Source of the DNA: Deferribacterales bacterium
Lineage (GTDB): Bacteria > Chrysiogenota > Deferribacteres > Deferribacterales > Geovibrionaceae
Assembly: GCA_050251945.1 (NCBI GenBank)
Contig: JBFWLW010000001.1
Span: 160,001 to 224,000 of the forward strand
Reading direction: 5' to 3'
DNA length: 64,000 bases
The notes beneath the pieces were generated by a model, which saw nothing but the letters and a program-made list of their open reading frames with translations, was not told the origin of the DNA and did not search any database. Positions 39,106 through 48,126 of this stretch are shown in pieces (the first letter of the stretch is position 1; each line of letters begins with the position of its first letter). The position numbers and the translations under genes were made by a program.

Positions 39106-40098
39106 ATGAAAAAGTTTTTTCTTTTCATTGCAGCCGCGCTTTTTGCGGTTTCGCTGGTTCCGACTGCATTTGCTAAAACTTTCGTAACCATAGGTACGGG
39201 TGGCGTTACCGGTGTCTACTATCCTACCGGCGGTGCTATCAGCCGTATGGTAAACAAAAAATCCGACGTATACGACATTAAATCCACTGTAGAATCAACA
39301 GGCGGTTCTGTTTATAACGTTAACGCTGTTATTGCCGGCGACCTTGAGTTCGGTATTTCTCAGTCAGATATTCAATATCAGGCTTTCAAAGGTCTTGAAT
39401 CGTGGAAAGACAAAGGTCCCCAGAAAAAACTTCGTTCAGTTTTTTCTCTTCACCCTGAAATAGTAACTATAGTTGCTACCGAAAACAGCGGAATCAAAAA
39501 ACTTGCCGACATGAAAGGTAAAAGAATCAACATCGGCAACCCCGGTTCCGGTCAGTACATCAACTCCGAAGATGTTTTCGATGCGGCAGGTCTTAAATTT
39601 TCCGACGTTAAAGTCGAGAAAGCGAAAGCCGTTGAATCACCCGCTTTGCTTCAGGATGAAAGAATTGACGCTTTCTTCTATACTGTAGGTCATCCCAACA
39701 GCAACATCAAAGAGGCTACATCCGGTCGTATTAAAGTACGTTTCGTACCCGTTGAAGGAGCTCAGGCTGACTACCTCATTAAAAAATTCCCTTACTATGT
39801 AAAAACTTATATCAACATTAAAGATTATCCCACAGCATCAGGCGATGGTAAAAACGTTCCTGCTGTCGGCGTTAAAGCAACACTGGTAACTTCTTCCGAC
39901 GTACCGGATAAGGTTGTTTACGCTATCACTAAAGAAGTATTTGACAACTTCGACGAGTTCAAGACCCTTCACCCTGCATTTGCCAACCTTACAAAACAGG
40001 AAATGCTTGAAGGTCTGACTGCTCCCGTTCACCCCGGCGCGCTTAAATATTACAAAGAAGCCGGACTGGACAAGTACATCAGTTCTAACCTCAGATAA
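39106..40098 (+). CDS. TAXI-family TRAP transporter solute-binding subunit
   Basis: IGTGGVTGVYYP.GG, STGGSVYN, G..GSG, PVHPGALKYY. Confidence 0.93.
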   Translation: MKKFFLFIAAALFAVSLVPTAFAKTFVTIGTGGVTGVYYPTGGAISRMVNKKSDVYDIKSTVESTGGSVYNVNAVIAGDLEFGISQSDIQYQAFKGLESWKDKGPQKKLRSVFSLHPEIVTIVATENSGIKKLADMKGKRINIGNPGSGQYINSEDVFDAAGLKFSDVKVEKAKAVESPALLQDERIDAFFYTVGHPNSNIKEATSGRIKVRFVPVEGAQADYLIKKFPYYVKTYINIKDYPTASGDGKNVPAVGVKATLVTSSDVPDKVVYAITKEVFDNFDEFKTLHPAFANLTKQEMLEGLTAPVHPGALKYYKEAGLDKYISSNLR

Positions 40099-40118
40099 TT
40101 TTTCAAAAATCAATTCAG

Positions 40119-40149
40119 CGGGGTCGGTTTTCCGACCCCCGTTTTATTT
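40119..40149 (+). terminator. Hairpin/terminator between TAXI gene and permease gene
   Basis: GGGGTCGG-TTTT-CCGACCCC followed by a T-rich tract. Confidence 0.6.
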
Positions 40150-40167
40150 ACTCGAAAGAGGTAATCT

Positions 40168-42207
40168 ATGTCTAAAACTCAACGCACCGCAGAAGAGATA
40201 CTGCGGGAAGAAACTGGAGAGATCAGATCCACGGGGCGGTTTGAAAAAGGACTCATCGGAGTTATTGCTATCGCCTGGGCAATTTTTCAGCTCTCTCTTG
40301 CCAGTTTTCTCATCCTCGACGGAACAACCATAAGGGCTGTCCACCTTGCATTTGCAATCTCTATTCTTTTTCTCAGCGTACCAATGTTCAAACGCCCTAA
40401 AAAATGGATGGGCTTTTTCAGCGCTGTGCATAAAATTCCTTTCATCGACTATATATTTGCCGCGGCAGGAGCATTTGCGGCTGTTTACGTAATTCTCGAT
40501 CAGGAAGGTCTTGCCATAAGAGCAGGCGATCCTTCCACAACGGATGTTGTCGTAGGTTTTCTGACCATATTTTTCCTGCTTGAAGCGACAAGAAGAGCAA
40601 TCGGTCCCGCACTTGTTATAATTGTTCTCATATTTACGGGTTATTCTTTTTTTGGACCCTATATGCCTGATTTCATGGCGTTCAAAGGCGTTTCGATGAA
40701 TAAGTATCTGAATCAGATATCCCTTTCGTCTGAAGGCATATATGGTATCCCGCTGGGTGTTTCCGCATCAATAGTTTATCTTTATGTTCTGCTGGGTGCC
40801 ATGCTGGATAAGGCGGGTGCAGGTAAGTTTTTTATAGACCTTGCGCTTTCTCTGCTCGGCAGGTTCAAGGGCGGTCCCGCAAAAGCGGCGGTAGTTGCCA
40901 GCGGCTTCACAGGGCTTATCTCCGGTTCCAGTGTCGCTAACATCGTGACCACAGGAACGTTTACGATTCCGCTCATGAAAAAAGTGGGCTATCCCGCGAC
41001 AAAAGCTGCCGCCACAGAGGTTGCCGCCAGTACAGACGGACAGCTTATGCCCCCTGTTATGGGTGCGGCGGCGTTCATCATTGCGGAATATGTAAACGTA
41101 CCCTATATCGACGTCTGCAAGGCGGCTATAATCCCCGCATTTGTTTCGTATTTTGCATTGTTTTATGTTACACACCTTGAAGCGTCAAAGCTCGGCATGA
41201 AAGGACTTCCGAAAGAGGAGTGTCCTAAATTCTTTGAAACTGTCAAACGCGGATTTCATTTCCTCATTCCGATCTTCATTCTCATATTTGAGCTTGTTGT
41301 ATTGAGACATTCACCGGAAAGAGCGGCTTTTAACGCTATTTTGCTTCTGATAGGCATTATATTTGTCCGCGAGATAGCCAACTTCGCAAAAGGCGAACAG
41401 AAAAGCATCATCGGTATCTTTAAAAAATCAATAACTCTTGTCGGACAGGGTTTTATAGCAGGTTCGCGCAATATGGTCTCTGTTGCTCTGGCAACAGCGG
41501 CGGCAGGTATAATTGTCGGTATCGTCGGCATGGGCATCGGCGGTATGATAACGCAGATAGTCGAGACGCTTTCACAGGGCAACGTATTTGTCCTTCTGAT
41601 TATAACTGCAATTGCCAGTATGCTTCTGGGCATGGGGCTTCCCACCACTGCGACATATATCGTTATGGCATCACTCACAGCGCCCATCATCGTTGAGCTC
41701 GGTGCAAGCTACGGACTTATCGTGCCTCTTATGGCTGCGCATCTTTTCTGCTTCTATTTCGGTATCCTTGCAGACGACACACCGCCTGTGGGGCTTGCGT
41801 CCTATGCGGCGGCGGCACTTGCCGGATCTGACCCGATACCGACAGGTATTCAGGGCTTTCTGTACGACCTGCGCACAGCCATAATACCGTTTATGTTCAT
41901 ATTCAACCACGACCTGATTCTTGACAACATATACAGCTGGCCGCTCGCCATACTCATCTTTACGATGGCATGTCTGGGTGCCTTTGCCTTTACGTCTGTC
42001 ATACAGAAATGGTTCATAACGAAGAATAAAATGTGGGAGATACCGATTCTGCTGGTATCCTCTCTGCTTCTTTTCAATCCTTCGGGCATACACGATATGC
42101 TCGGATACCATATTGACGATAAATATATTATGTATATCCCCGGACTGCTCCTTCTGGCGCTTGTTTACGCGGGACAGAAATTCAGAATGAGAAAGGCTGT
42201 CGCATGA
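40168..42207 (+). CDS. TRAP transporter 4TM/12TM fusion permease
   Basis: GGPAKAAV, SGSSVAN, MPPVMGAAAF, LGMGLPTTA.Y, TPPVGLA. Confidence 0.93.
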   Translation: MSKTQRTAEEILREETGEIRSTGRFEKGLIGVIAIAWAIFQLSLASFLILDGTTIRAVHLAFAISILFLSVPMFKRPKKWMGFFSAVHKIPFIDYIFAAAGAFAAVYVILDQEGLAIRAGDPSTTDVVVGFLTIFFLLEATRRAIGPALVIIVLIFTGYSFFGPYMPDFMAFKGVSMNKYLNQISLSSEGIYGIPLGVSASIVYLYVLLGAMLDKAGAGKFFIDLALSLLGRFKGGPAKAAVVASGFTGLISGSSVANIVTTGTFTIPLMKKVGYPATKAAATEVAASTDGQLMPPVMGAAAFIIAEYVNVPYIDVCKAAIIPAFVSYFALFYVTHLEASKLGMKGLPKEECPKFFETVKRGFHFLIPIFILIFELVVLRHSPERAAFNAILLLIGIIFVREIANFAKGEQKSIIGIFKKSITLVGQGFIAGSRNMVSVALATAAAGIIVGIVGMGIGGMITQIVETLSQGNVFVLLIITAIASMLLGMGLPTTATYIVMASLTAPIIVELGASYGLIVPLMAAHLFCFYFGILADDTPPVGLASYAAAALAGSDPIPTGIQGFLYDLRTAIIPFMFIFNHDLILDNIYSWPLAILIFTMACLGAFAFTSVIQKWFITKNKMWEIPILLVSSLLLFNPSGIHDMLGYHIDDKYIMYIPGLLLLALVYAGQKFRMRKAVA

Positions 42208-42465
42208 CAGCCTCAGACAGATGACAAAGTCAGTAAAATGGGAGATCGCGTTGTCGATTTATTCGATAAATAGTTTAAAGTGGACTCATTTCAGCAAGCT
42301 CGGTACAGAAACATTTGCAAAAATAGGCAAATGTTTTCAGCCTTCGGCTAGTGCTCCTCGCGAAGACAAAAAAACGTCTCTGCGAGGAGCACTAGCCGAA
42401 GCAGTCTAATGTGAGTCTGTGTAAATTTAGTTTGTCAACAATCAAAGGCTGTCGCATGACAGCCT
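42192..42465. mobile_element. REP/MITE-like element (type B, expanded) flanked by a 22-bp duplicated terminator
   Basis: aaaggctgtcgcatgacagcct at 42192-42213 and 42444-42465; ends cagacagatgacaaa / tttgtcaacaatc; perfect 20-bp inverted repeat 42342-42361 / 42382-42401. Confidence 0.75.
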
Positions 42466-42521
42466 TTTTTGTTGCTAAAAAGCAAAAAGATGAATACTGT
42501 AGCTGAAAACAGGGGGTAATA

Positions 42522-42743
42522 ATGCTTAACAAAGAACTGGTTTTCATTCTTGAAAACGGAAAGAACGCTCTGGTGATAAACCTGAATAATTTCAACACCA
42601 TAGAGTTTGACGACGCCAATATGTCGGTTATGATCGACCACGGAACATCAGAAAGAAACGTGGACTTTGATAATAAAAAATCATATTCTGAATTCAAAGC
42701 TCAGATAGTGGGGGCTTTGATAGAGGAAGAAGAACAACAATAA
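42522..42743 (+). CDS. Small acidic hypothetical protein
   Basis: 73-aa ORF with G-rich RBS and its own terminator (42757-42783). Confidence 0.65.
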   Translation: MLNKELVFILENGKNALVINLNNFNTIEFDDANMSVMIDHGTSERNVDFDNKKSYSEFKAQIVGALIEEEEQQ

Positions 42744-42756
42744 GCAGAGGCAGAGT

Positions 42757-42783
42757 GCGGAGCTGAATGCTCCGCTTTTTTTT
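42757..42783 (+). terminator. Intrinsic terminator
   Basis: GCGGAGC-TGAAT-GCTCCGC plus T8. Confidence 0.8.
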
Positions 42784-42799
42784 CGCCTTCTTTTAATAT

Positions 42800-42831
42800 G
42801 ATATTGACAATCAGTATCATCTATGTAAGAT
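42800..42831 (+). promoter_or_regulatory. Fur box overlapping the -35 of the flavodoxin promoter
   Basis: GATATTGACAATCAGTATC (42800-42818), 16/19 to Fur consensus; TTGACA-16-TAAGAT. Confidence 0.8.
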
Positions 42832-42869
42832 ATCTCTGGTTACATTATTACATGTAAAAGGAGGTTGCT

Positions 42870-43382
42870 ATGGGAAGCATAGGACTTTTTTACGGATCAA
42901 GCAGCGGGGTAACGGAAACTGTTGCGCAGAAAATTGCTGCGGCGCTTAATTCAAAGGGTTTTGTTGTGGATGTTATTAATGTTGCGAACGCGTCTAAAAG
43001 CTCTTTTGAAAAGTATGACAAACTTATCCTCGGTTCATCAACATGGGGTATGGGTGATCTTCAGGACGACTGGGAAAATATCATGGGTGATCTTGAAGAC
43101 GTGGATTTCAACGGAAAGACAGTTGCGTTTTTCGGCACAGGTGATCAGGAAACCTATGCCGATACTTTCCTCGATGCCATGGGAACTATTTATGAAAAGG
43201 TTGTTGACAGCAAAGTGAATATTGTCGGGTGCTGGCCTGTGGAAGGTTACAGTTTCGGCGATTCAAAGGCTGTCGTGGACGGCGAATTCATCGGGCTTGC
43301 CATTGACGAGGACAATCAGTCTTCCATGACAAAAAAACGAATTGCTGACTGGGCTGAGATGCTCACATCGCAGATGGCATAA
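42870..43382 (+). CDS. fldA: Long-chain flavodoxin
   Basis: GLFYGSSSGVTE, STWG.G.LQ.DW, FGTGDQ..Y.D.F, F.GLAIDEDNQ. Confidence 0.92.
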   Translation: MGSIGLFYGSSSGVTETVAQKIAAALNSKGFVVDVINVANASKSSFEKYDKLILGSSTWGMGDLQDDWENIMGDLEDVDFNGKTVAFFGTGDQETYADTFLDAMGTIYEKVVDSKVNIVGCWPVEGYSFGDSKAVVDGEFIGLAIDEDNQSSMTKKRIADWAEMLTSQMA

Positions 43383-43415
43383 GCATTTAAAAAGAGAGAC
43401 TTCTTCTGATAAAAC

Positions 43416-43446
43416 AATAGCCCCTTAGAAAAACTAAGGGGCTATT
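43416..43446. terminator. Bidirectional terminator
   Basis: AATAGCCCCTTAG-AAAAA-CTAAGGGGCTATT, 13-bp stem. Confidence 0.8.
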
Positions 43447-43450
43447 TCTG

Positions 43451-44929
43451 TCAGAAAACCGGTATCAGTTTCCCTCCTCCCGTCAATGTAATCTCTTTTC
43501 CGCCTGTCCAGTTATTCATTGAATCGTTTCCGTCGTAATAGATATTGAAACCGTTACTGTTTATGTTTGCCAGCGTCTTGTCATCATTGCGGAACTCAGT
43601 TAAATAAGTGTCCGCTGTAAGGTTCCATTTTGCGCCTTTTTCCAGTGAAAGAGATATGAATCCGGCGGTTTTATCAGTGTTTGCCGAACCTGTCCAGACA
43701 GTTGATCCTTTCAGATAAGTTTTGACACTGCTTAAGCCGTCGCAAAGAATATTGCCCGCAGTGTTTGTATCTGTCACTGTAAAACTTGCTTCGGAACCGT
43801 TGCTGCCTGTTCGTCCCCATCTGTCCGCCGATGCCCGGAAGAGGGTGTTTGCACTGTCTTTATTTGTTATTGAGGTATGGTTTATCATGAATTCGGCTTT
43901 GGTGTTCGTCGTGTAAAAGACCGCACCTTCATATGATGTTATGCTCCCGCCGCTCATGGTAAAACGGCTCTCTCCCACCTCTGCATCACCGGAGAAGCTT
44001 TGGTACAGCATCACGCCGTTTCTTCTGTAACATGTCATTTCGCTGTCAGTTACTGATACGCTGTTCTTTCCTTCGATAACGGCACATTCCGCACCAGTCG
44101 ATTCGCCTTTGACATTTTTAACGGATATATTGCCTGTTGAATATATTGACGGCGAGCCTTCGCCTTCTGTTTTAAGAGTACCATTTTCAACCGTGACCGT
44201 GCCGCCGCCTCTGTCTGTTGCAAGAGCCGCGCTGTGTGCGCCAAGTGTGCTGATGTTGACATCTTTAGCGGTGATACTTCCTTCTCTTGTCGCGTGCAGT
44301 CCTCTTGATGAGTTTGCAGAGGTTTTTATATCAATGCCGTTAATGTTAATTCCGGCAAGTTTTCCAACGGCAACAACAGCATTGGCTCCTGCGGCATCCG
44401 TTGTGATGCTTGTTTTATCCATATTAAGCGACGACCTGCCGATAACAACCACGGCAGAATTTATTCCGTAAAAACTGCTGGATTCCTCATCGGCGGTACT
44501 GCCTTTTTTAGTGATAATGGTCTGATTGAGATTCAGTTCACCATTTATTTTAACCACGACAGCAGACTGATCAGGTTGTGTTGCGTCGTATGTTTTTCCT
44601 GTTTCTGTTTCGGAAGTTCCCTGAACCACATAGACACCCTGTATCTTTTCCAGCACAGCTTTGGCAGTTTGTATTTTATTTCTGAAACCTTCCTTAGGTG
44701 GTCCCTGACGGTTCCCGTCAGACGGAGGCTGTCCGCCGCTGCCCATTGGCGGCATCCCTCCACGCTGTGATCCGAAACCGACACCGATTCCCATTTCAGA
44801 TCCCGGTCCGTAATTTCCGGCACGCGCATTGAAAGTGACCGAAGGGTCGTTCTCTTCGTCATATCTGCCCGCACAGCCAAAAACGGCGGCGCTCAGACAT
44901 ACTGCGATAATCATACTGATTGTTTTCAT
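43451..44929 (-). CDS. Hypothetical lipoprotein, probable parallel beta-helix
   Basis: Lipobox VFGC, Gly/Pro-rich linker, recurring I.T.G/A..S/A.A/G units, small-residue rich. Confidence 0.7.
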   Translation of the reverse strand: MKTISMIIAVCLSAAVFGCAGRYDEENDPSVTFNARAGNYGPGSEMGIGVGFGSQRGGMPPMGSGGQPPSDGNRQGPPKEGFRNKIQTAKAVLEKIQGVYVVQGTSETETGKTYDATQPDQSAVVVKINGELNLNQTIITKKGSTADEESSSFYGINSAVVVIGRSSLNMDKTSITTDAAGANAVVAVGKLAGININGIDIKTSANSSRGLHATREGSITAKDVNISTLGAHSAALATDRGGGTVTVENGTLKTEGEGSPSIYSTGNISVKNVKGESTGAECAVIEGKNSVSVTDSEMTCYRRNGVMLYQSFSGDAEVGESRFTMSGGSITSYEGAVFYTTNTKAEFMINHTSITNKDSANTLFRASADRWGRTGSNGSEASFTVTDTNTAGNILCDGLSSVKTYLKGSTVWTGSANTDKTAGFISLSLEKGAKWNLTADTYLTEFRNDDKTLANINSNGFNIYYDGNDSMNNWTGGKEITLTGGGKLIPVF

Positions 44930-45013
44930 ATGTACCCCATATCAAATATATGAGTAATAAGTATCATACGAATAAATAGATATTATGCCGGAAAAAAGGG
45001 ATTGGAATGGAAT

Positions 45014-45038
45014 AAGCCCCGCCTGTTAAGCGGGGCTT
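45014..45038 (-). terminator. Terminator after hcp
   Basis: AAGCCCCGC-N7-GCGGGGCTT. Confidence 0.7.
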
Positions 45039-45049
45039 GAAATAATTTA

Positions 45050-46669
45050 TTATGCGCCGATCATTATTTTTTCGACATCGCCTGCCACATCACCGATGAG
45101 CTTGATATCGAAGTTTTCGACAAGCACTTTCGCCACGTTGGGAGAAAGGAAAGCGGGAAGGGTCGGTCCGAGGCGGACGCCTTTCACACCGAGGAAGAGC
45201 AGGGCGAGAAGCACTGCTACAGCCTTCTGCTCATACCATGCTATGTCGAATGAAAGAGGAAGTTTGTTTATGTCGTCGAGTCCGAATACCTCTTTCAGTT
45301 TAAGGGCGATAACTGCAAGCGAATAGCTGTCGTTGCACTGACCTGCGTCAAGCACTCTGGGGATTCCGCCTATGTCGCCGAGGTTCAGTTTATTGTAACG
45401 GTATTTCGCGCAGCCAGCAGTAAGGATGACCGCGTCTTGAGGCAGATTTTCAGCCACTTCTGTGAAATAGTTTCTCTCTTTATGTCTTCCGTCACAGCCT
45501 GCCATGACGACGAATCTCTTGATCGCACCCGATTTGACCGCTTCAACAACTTTGTCAGCAACAGCCATTACCTGTGCGTGTGCGAAACCGCCCACAATTT
45601 TGCCGGATTCTATCTGTGTGGGTGCAGGGCAAGTTTTAGCAAGTGCAATTATTTCGCTGAAATCTTTCTGACCGCCGTCTTTTCTGTCGGCGATATGTTT
45701 AAGACCGGGATAGCCTGCCATGCCAGTTGTAAACATTCTGTTTCTGTAAGAATCTCTTACAGGCACAATGCAGTTGGTAGTCATAAGGATTGGACCGTTG
45801 AATGATTCAAATTCCTTGTCCTGTTTCCACCATGCGTTTCCATAGTTACCCACGAAGTTATCGTATTTCTTGAATTCGGGGTAGTAGTGCGCAGGGAGCA
45901 TCTCGCTGTGGGTATAAACATCAACGCCCGTACCTTTTGTCTGCTCCAGAAGGTCTTTAAGGTCTCTCAGGTCGTGACCGGAGATAAGGATGCCGGGTCT
46001 TGCGCCCACGCCGATGTTAACCTCTGTCACTTCGGGGTTGCCGTAAGTTGATGTGTTGGCTTTGTCGAGCAGAGCCATTGTTGTAACGGCTATTTCGCCG
46101 GTTTTCATGATAAGAGCAATAAGCTCGTCAACAGAGAGGTCTTTCGTAGCGCCTGCAAGTGCCTTGAACATGTGGTCATAGATTGCTGTGTCCTCGTAAC
46201 CGAGAACGTATGCGTGGTCGGCATATGCCGCGACGCCCTTAAGACCGTAGATAAGAAGTTCGCGCAATGAGCGGATATCCTCGTTTTCCTGTGAAAGAAC
46301 GCCGAATGAACCGCCTTTTGCTATTGCGTCTTCCATACTGGCGGGAATCCAGTTTGCGCAGTCGCAAGTTACCGTAGTGCCTGAAACGGCTTTCAGCTCA
46401 TTGCGAAGTTTAACGCCTTCAAGGATAAGTTCATAGATGCGTGCATCGTCAAAGTTTGCGTTTGTGATAGTGGCGAAAAGCGCCTGAGATACGAAACGTC
46501 CGTATTTTTTATCGGCGTTGGTGTTTTCGGCATAAAAGGAGATGCCTTTCAGTGTATAGACCAGTGCGTCCTGAAGAGCCGCACAGGTGTCCGTTTTTCC
46601 GCAGACTCCTCTAACCGTGCAGCCTGTACCTTTTGCTGCTTCCTGACATTGAAAACAGAACATGCTCAT
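45050..46669 (-). CDS. hcp: Hydroxylamine reductase / hybrid-cluster protein
   Basis: MFCFQCQEA...GC...GVCGK, SGHDL, THSEMLP, TTNC, GCDG, GQCND, WYEQKA. Confidence 0.97.
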   Translation of the reverse strand: MSMFCFQCQEAAKGTGCTVRGVCGKTDTCAALQDALVYTLKGISFYAENTNADKKYGRFVSQALFATITNANFDDARIYELILEGVKLRNELKAVSGTTVTCDCANWIPASMEDAIAKGGSFGVLSQENEDIRSLRELLIYGLKGVAAYADHAYVLGYEDTAIYDHMFKALAGATKDLSVDELIALIMKTGEIAVTTMALLDKANTSTYGNPEVTEVNIGVGARPGILISGHDLRDLKDLLEQTKGTGVDVYTHSEMLPAHYYPEFKKYDNFVGNYGNAWWKQDKEFESFNGPILMTTNCIVPVRDSYRNRMFTTGMAGYPGLKHIADRKDGGQKDFSEIIALAKTCPAPTQIESGKIVGGFAHAQVMAVADKVVEAVKSGAIKRFVVMAGCDGRHKERNYFTEVAENLPQDAVILTAGCAKYRYNKLNLGDIGGIPRVLDAGQCNDSYSLAVIALKLKEVFGLDDINKLPLSFDIAWYEQKAVAVLLALLFLGVKGVRLGPTLPAFLSPNVAKVLVENFDIKLIGDVAGDVEKIMIGA

Positions 46670-46732
46670 AATGTTGTCCTCCTGTTGTTATTGCTCATAG
46701 GAGGACAATAATGCATTTGCGTGCAGAATAAA

Positions 46733-46746
46733 TTGAGCTATGTCAA
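46733..46746 (-). promoter_or_regulatory. Crp/Fnr-family (HcpR/Dnr-like) site upstream of hcp
   Basis: TTGA-N6-TCAA palindrome (TTGACATAGCTCAA on minus strand) at class II spacing from -10 TATTGT (46710-46705). Confidence 0.65.
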
Positions 46747-46833
46747 AAAAGCACTTCTTTTCGTTATTATCTTAAAAATAATGTTACGCAGGCACTTTCT
46801 TGATTAATAGACCAATATGTTGTAACATGAACT

Positions 46834-48126
46834 ATGAGTGAAATAGATAATATCTTTGAAAAAGATAAACTTAACAGAAAAGAGACAATAGAAAATCTTA
46901 CAAATCTGGCTAAGAATACAGAGGAACCATTTGTCCTGTGTATTGATGCTCCTTGGGGGGGTGGAAAAACTTTTTTTGTTGATTTATGGCAAGAATATCT
47001 CAATGGGCAAAATGCAAAAAGTATTAAGTTTAATGCATGGGAAAACGACTTTTCAAAAGAACCATTTATTTCTCTTATGGGAGAGATCACTTCTCAAATT
47101 ATTGAAACAGATGCTGTAAGTGAGATAAAAGATAAGTTAATAGAATCAGGTAAAAAAGTAATTTGGAACGGACTAAGGATCGGAGTTAAAGCACTAACTG
47201 CTGGTGTGTTAGATTTGAAAGAAGTGCGGGATTGTCTCCCAGATGGTACTTTAGATTCTATTGGTAATGATGTAAGTTCTTTAATTGAAACTACAATAAT
47301 AGAGTATGCACAACAAAAGCAGACAAGAGATGATTTTAAAAATATCCTTGAGAAATACGCAGAAAAAGTTAAAACAGAAACGGGATTTCCTCTTATATTT
47401 TTTATTGATGAACTTGATAGATGTAGACCTGATTATGCCGTTGAGTTATTAGAATCTGTGAAACATCTATTTTATGTAAAAAATATTTTCTTTGTTTTGT
47501 CTGTGGATTACAAACAATTATCAAATTCAATTAAAACACTCTACGGTTATAAAATGGATTCTGAAAGATATCTGAAACGCTTTATAAATGTATTGTTTCA
47601 TTTGTCTAATGATAATATTAAAAATTACCTATCTTTATTTGATACAAGAGATTATTTGAATACTCAATATTGTAAAAATTTTAAGTTAGATTTCAAAGAG
47701 TATATTATTGCATTAAATTTAAATCCGAGAGATGTACAGAGACTTTTTGAAATGTTGGATTTGATATATAAGGTAAACACGGATAAAGAAATATTATGTT
47801 CTGCACACATGCTGTTGTTTTTGATTGGATTAAAACAAAGCAATTTGAAAATGTATGGTGATATAATTAATAATGCAAATAAATTTTATGAAAAAAACAA
47901 AATATTAACTCCAGTTATATCAAAAATGGGACAAAATCTAAAACGATACACTTCCTCTTTGTTATATATACTTACATCCGATAATAACACCATTTACGAA
48001 TACATTGAAACTCTAGAATATTCCATGCGTCGTTACTATGAAGACCTACTGCACTTTCATCAAAATGTTCAACTCATTCAACTAATAAAAGTTATTGAAT
48101 TTGCATCAAAATTTTCCAGTCATTAA
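46834..48126 (+). CDS. KAP-family P-loop NTPase (AT-rich, probably horizontally acquired)
   Basis: Walker A DAPWGGGKT, FNAWEND, Walker B FFIDELDRC.P, LE.VKHLF, YLKRF. Confidence 0.88.
   Translation: MSEIDNIFEKDKLNRKETIENLTNLAKNTEEPFVLCIDAPWGGGKTFFVDLWQEYLNGQNAKSIKFNAWENDFSKEPFISLMGEITSQIIETDAVSEIKDKLIESGKKVIWNGLRIGVKALTAGVLDLKEVRDCLPDGTLDSIGNDVSSLIETTIIEYAQQKQTRDDFKNILEKYAEKVKTETGFPLIFFIDELDRCRPDYAVELLESVKHLFYVKNIFFVLSVDYKQLSNSIKTLYGYKMDSERYLKRFINVLFHLSNDNIKNYLSLFDTRDYLNTQYCKNFKLDFKEYIIALNLNPRDVQRLFEMLDLIYKVNTDKEILCSAHMLLFLIGLKQSNLKMYGDIINNANKFYEKNKILTPVISKMGQNLKRYTSSLLYILTSDNNTIYEYIETLEYSMRRYYEDLLHFHQNVQLIQLIKVIEFASKFSSH

Noticed and set aside
42221..42409. 62-aa ORF inside the repeat element as a possible mini-transposase
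   Set aside because: Too short, no catalytic motif, and not preserved in the other copies
46955..46961. G7 tract in the KAP NTPase as a phase-variation switch
   Set aside because: The run is short and is explained by the W-G-G codons of Walker A; the frame is intact
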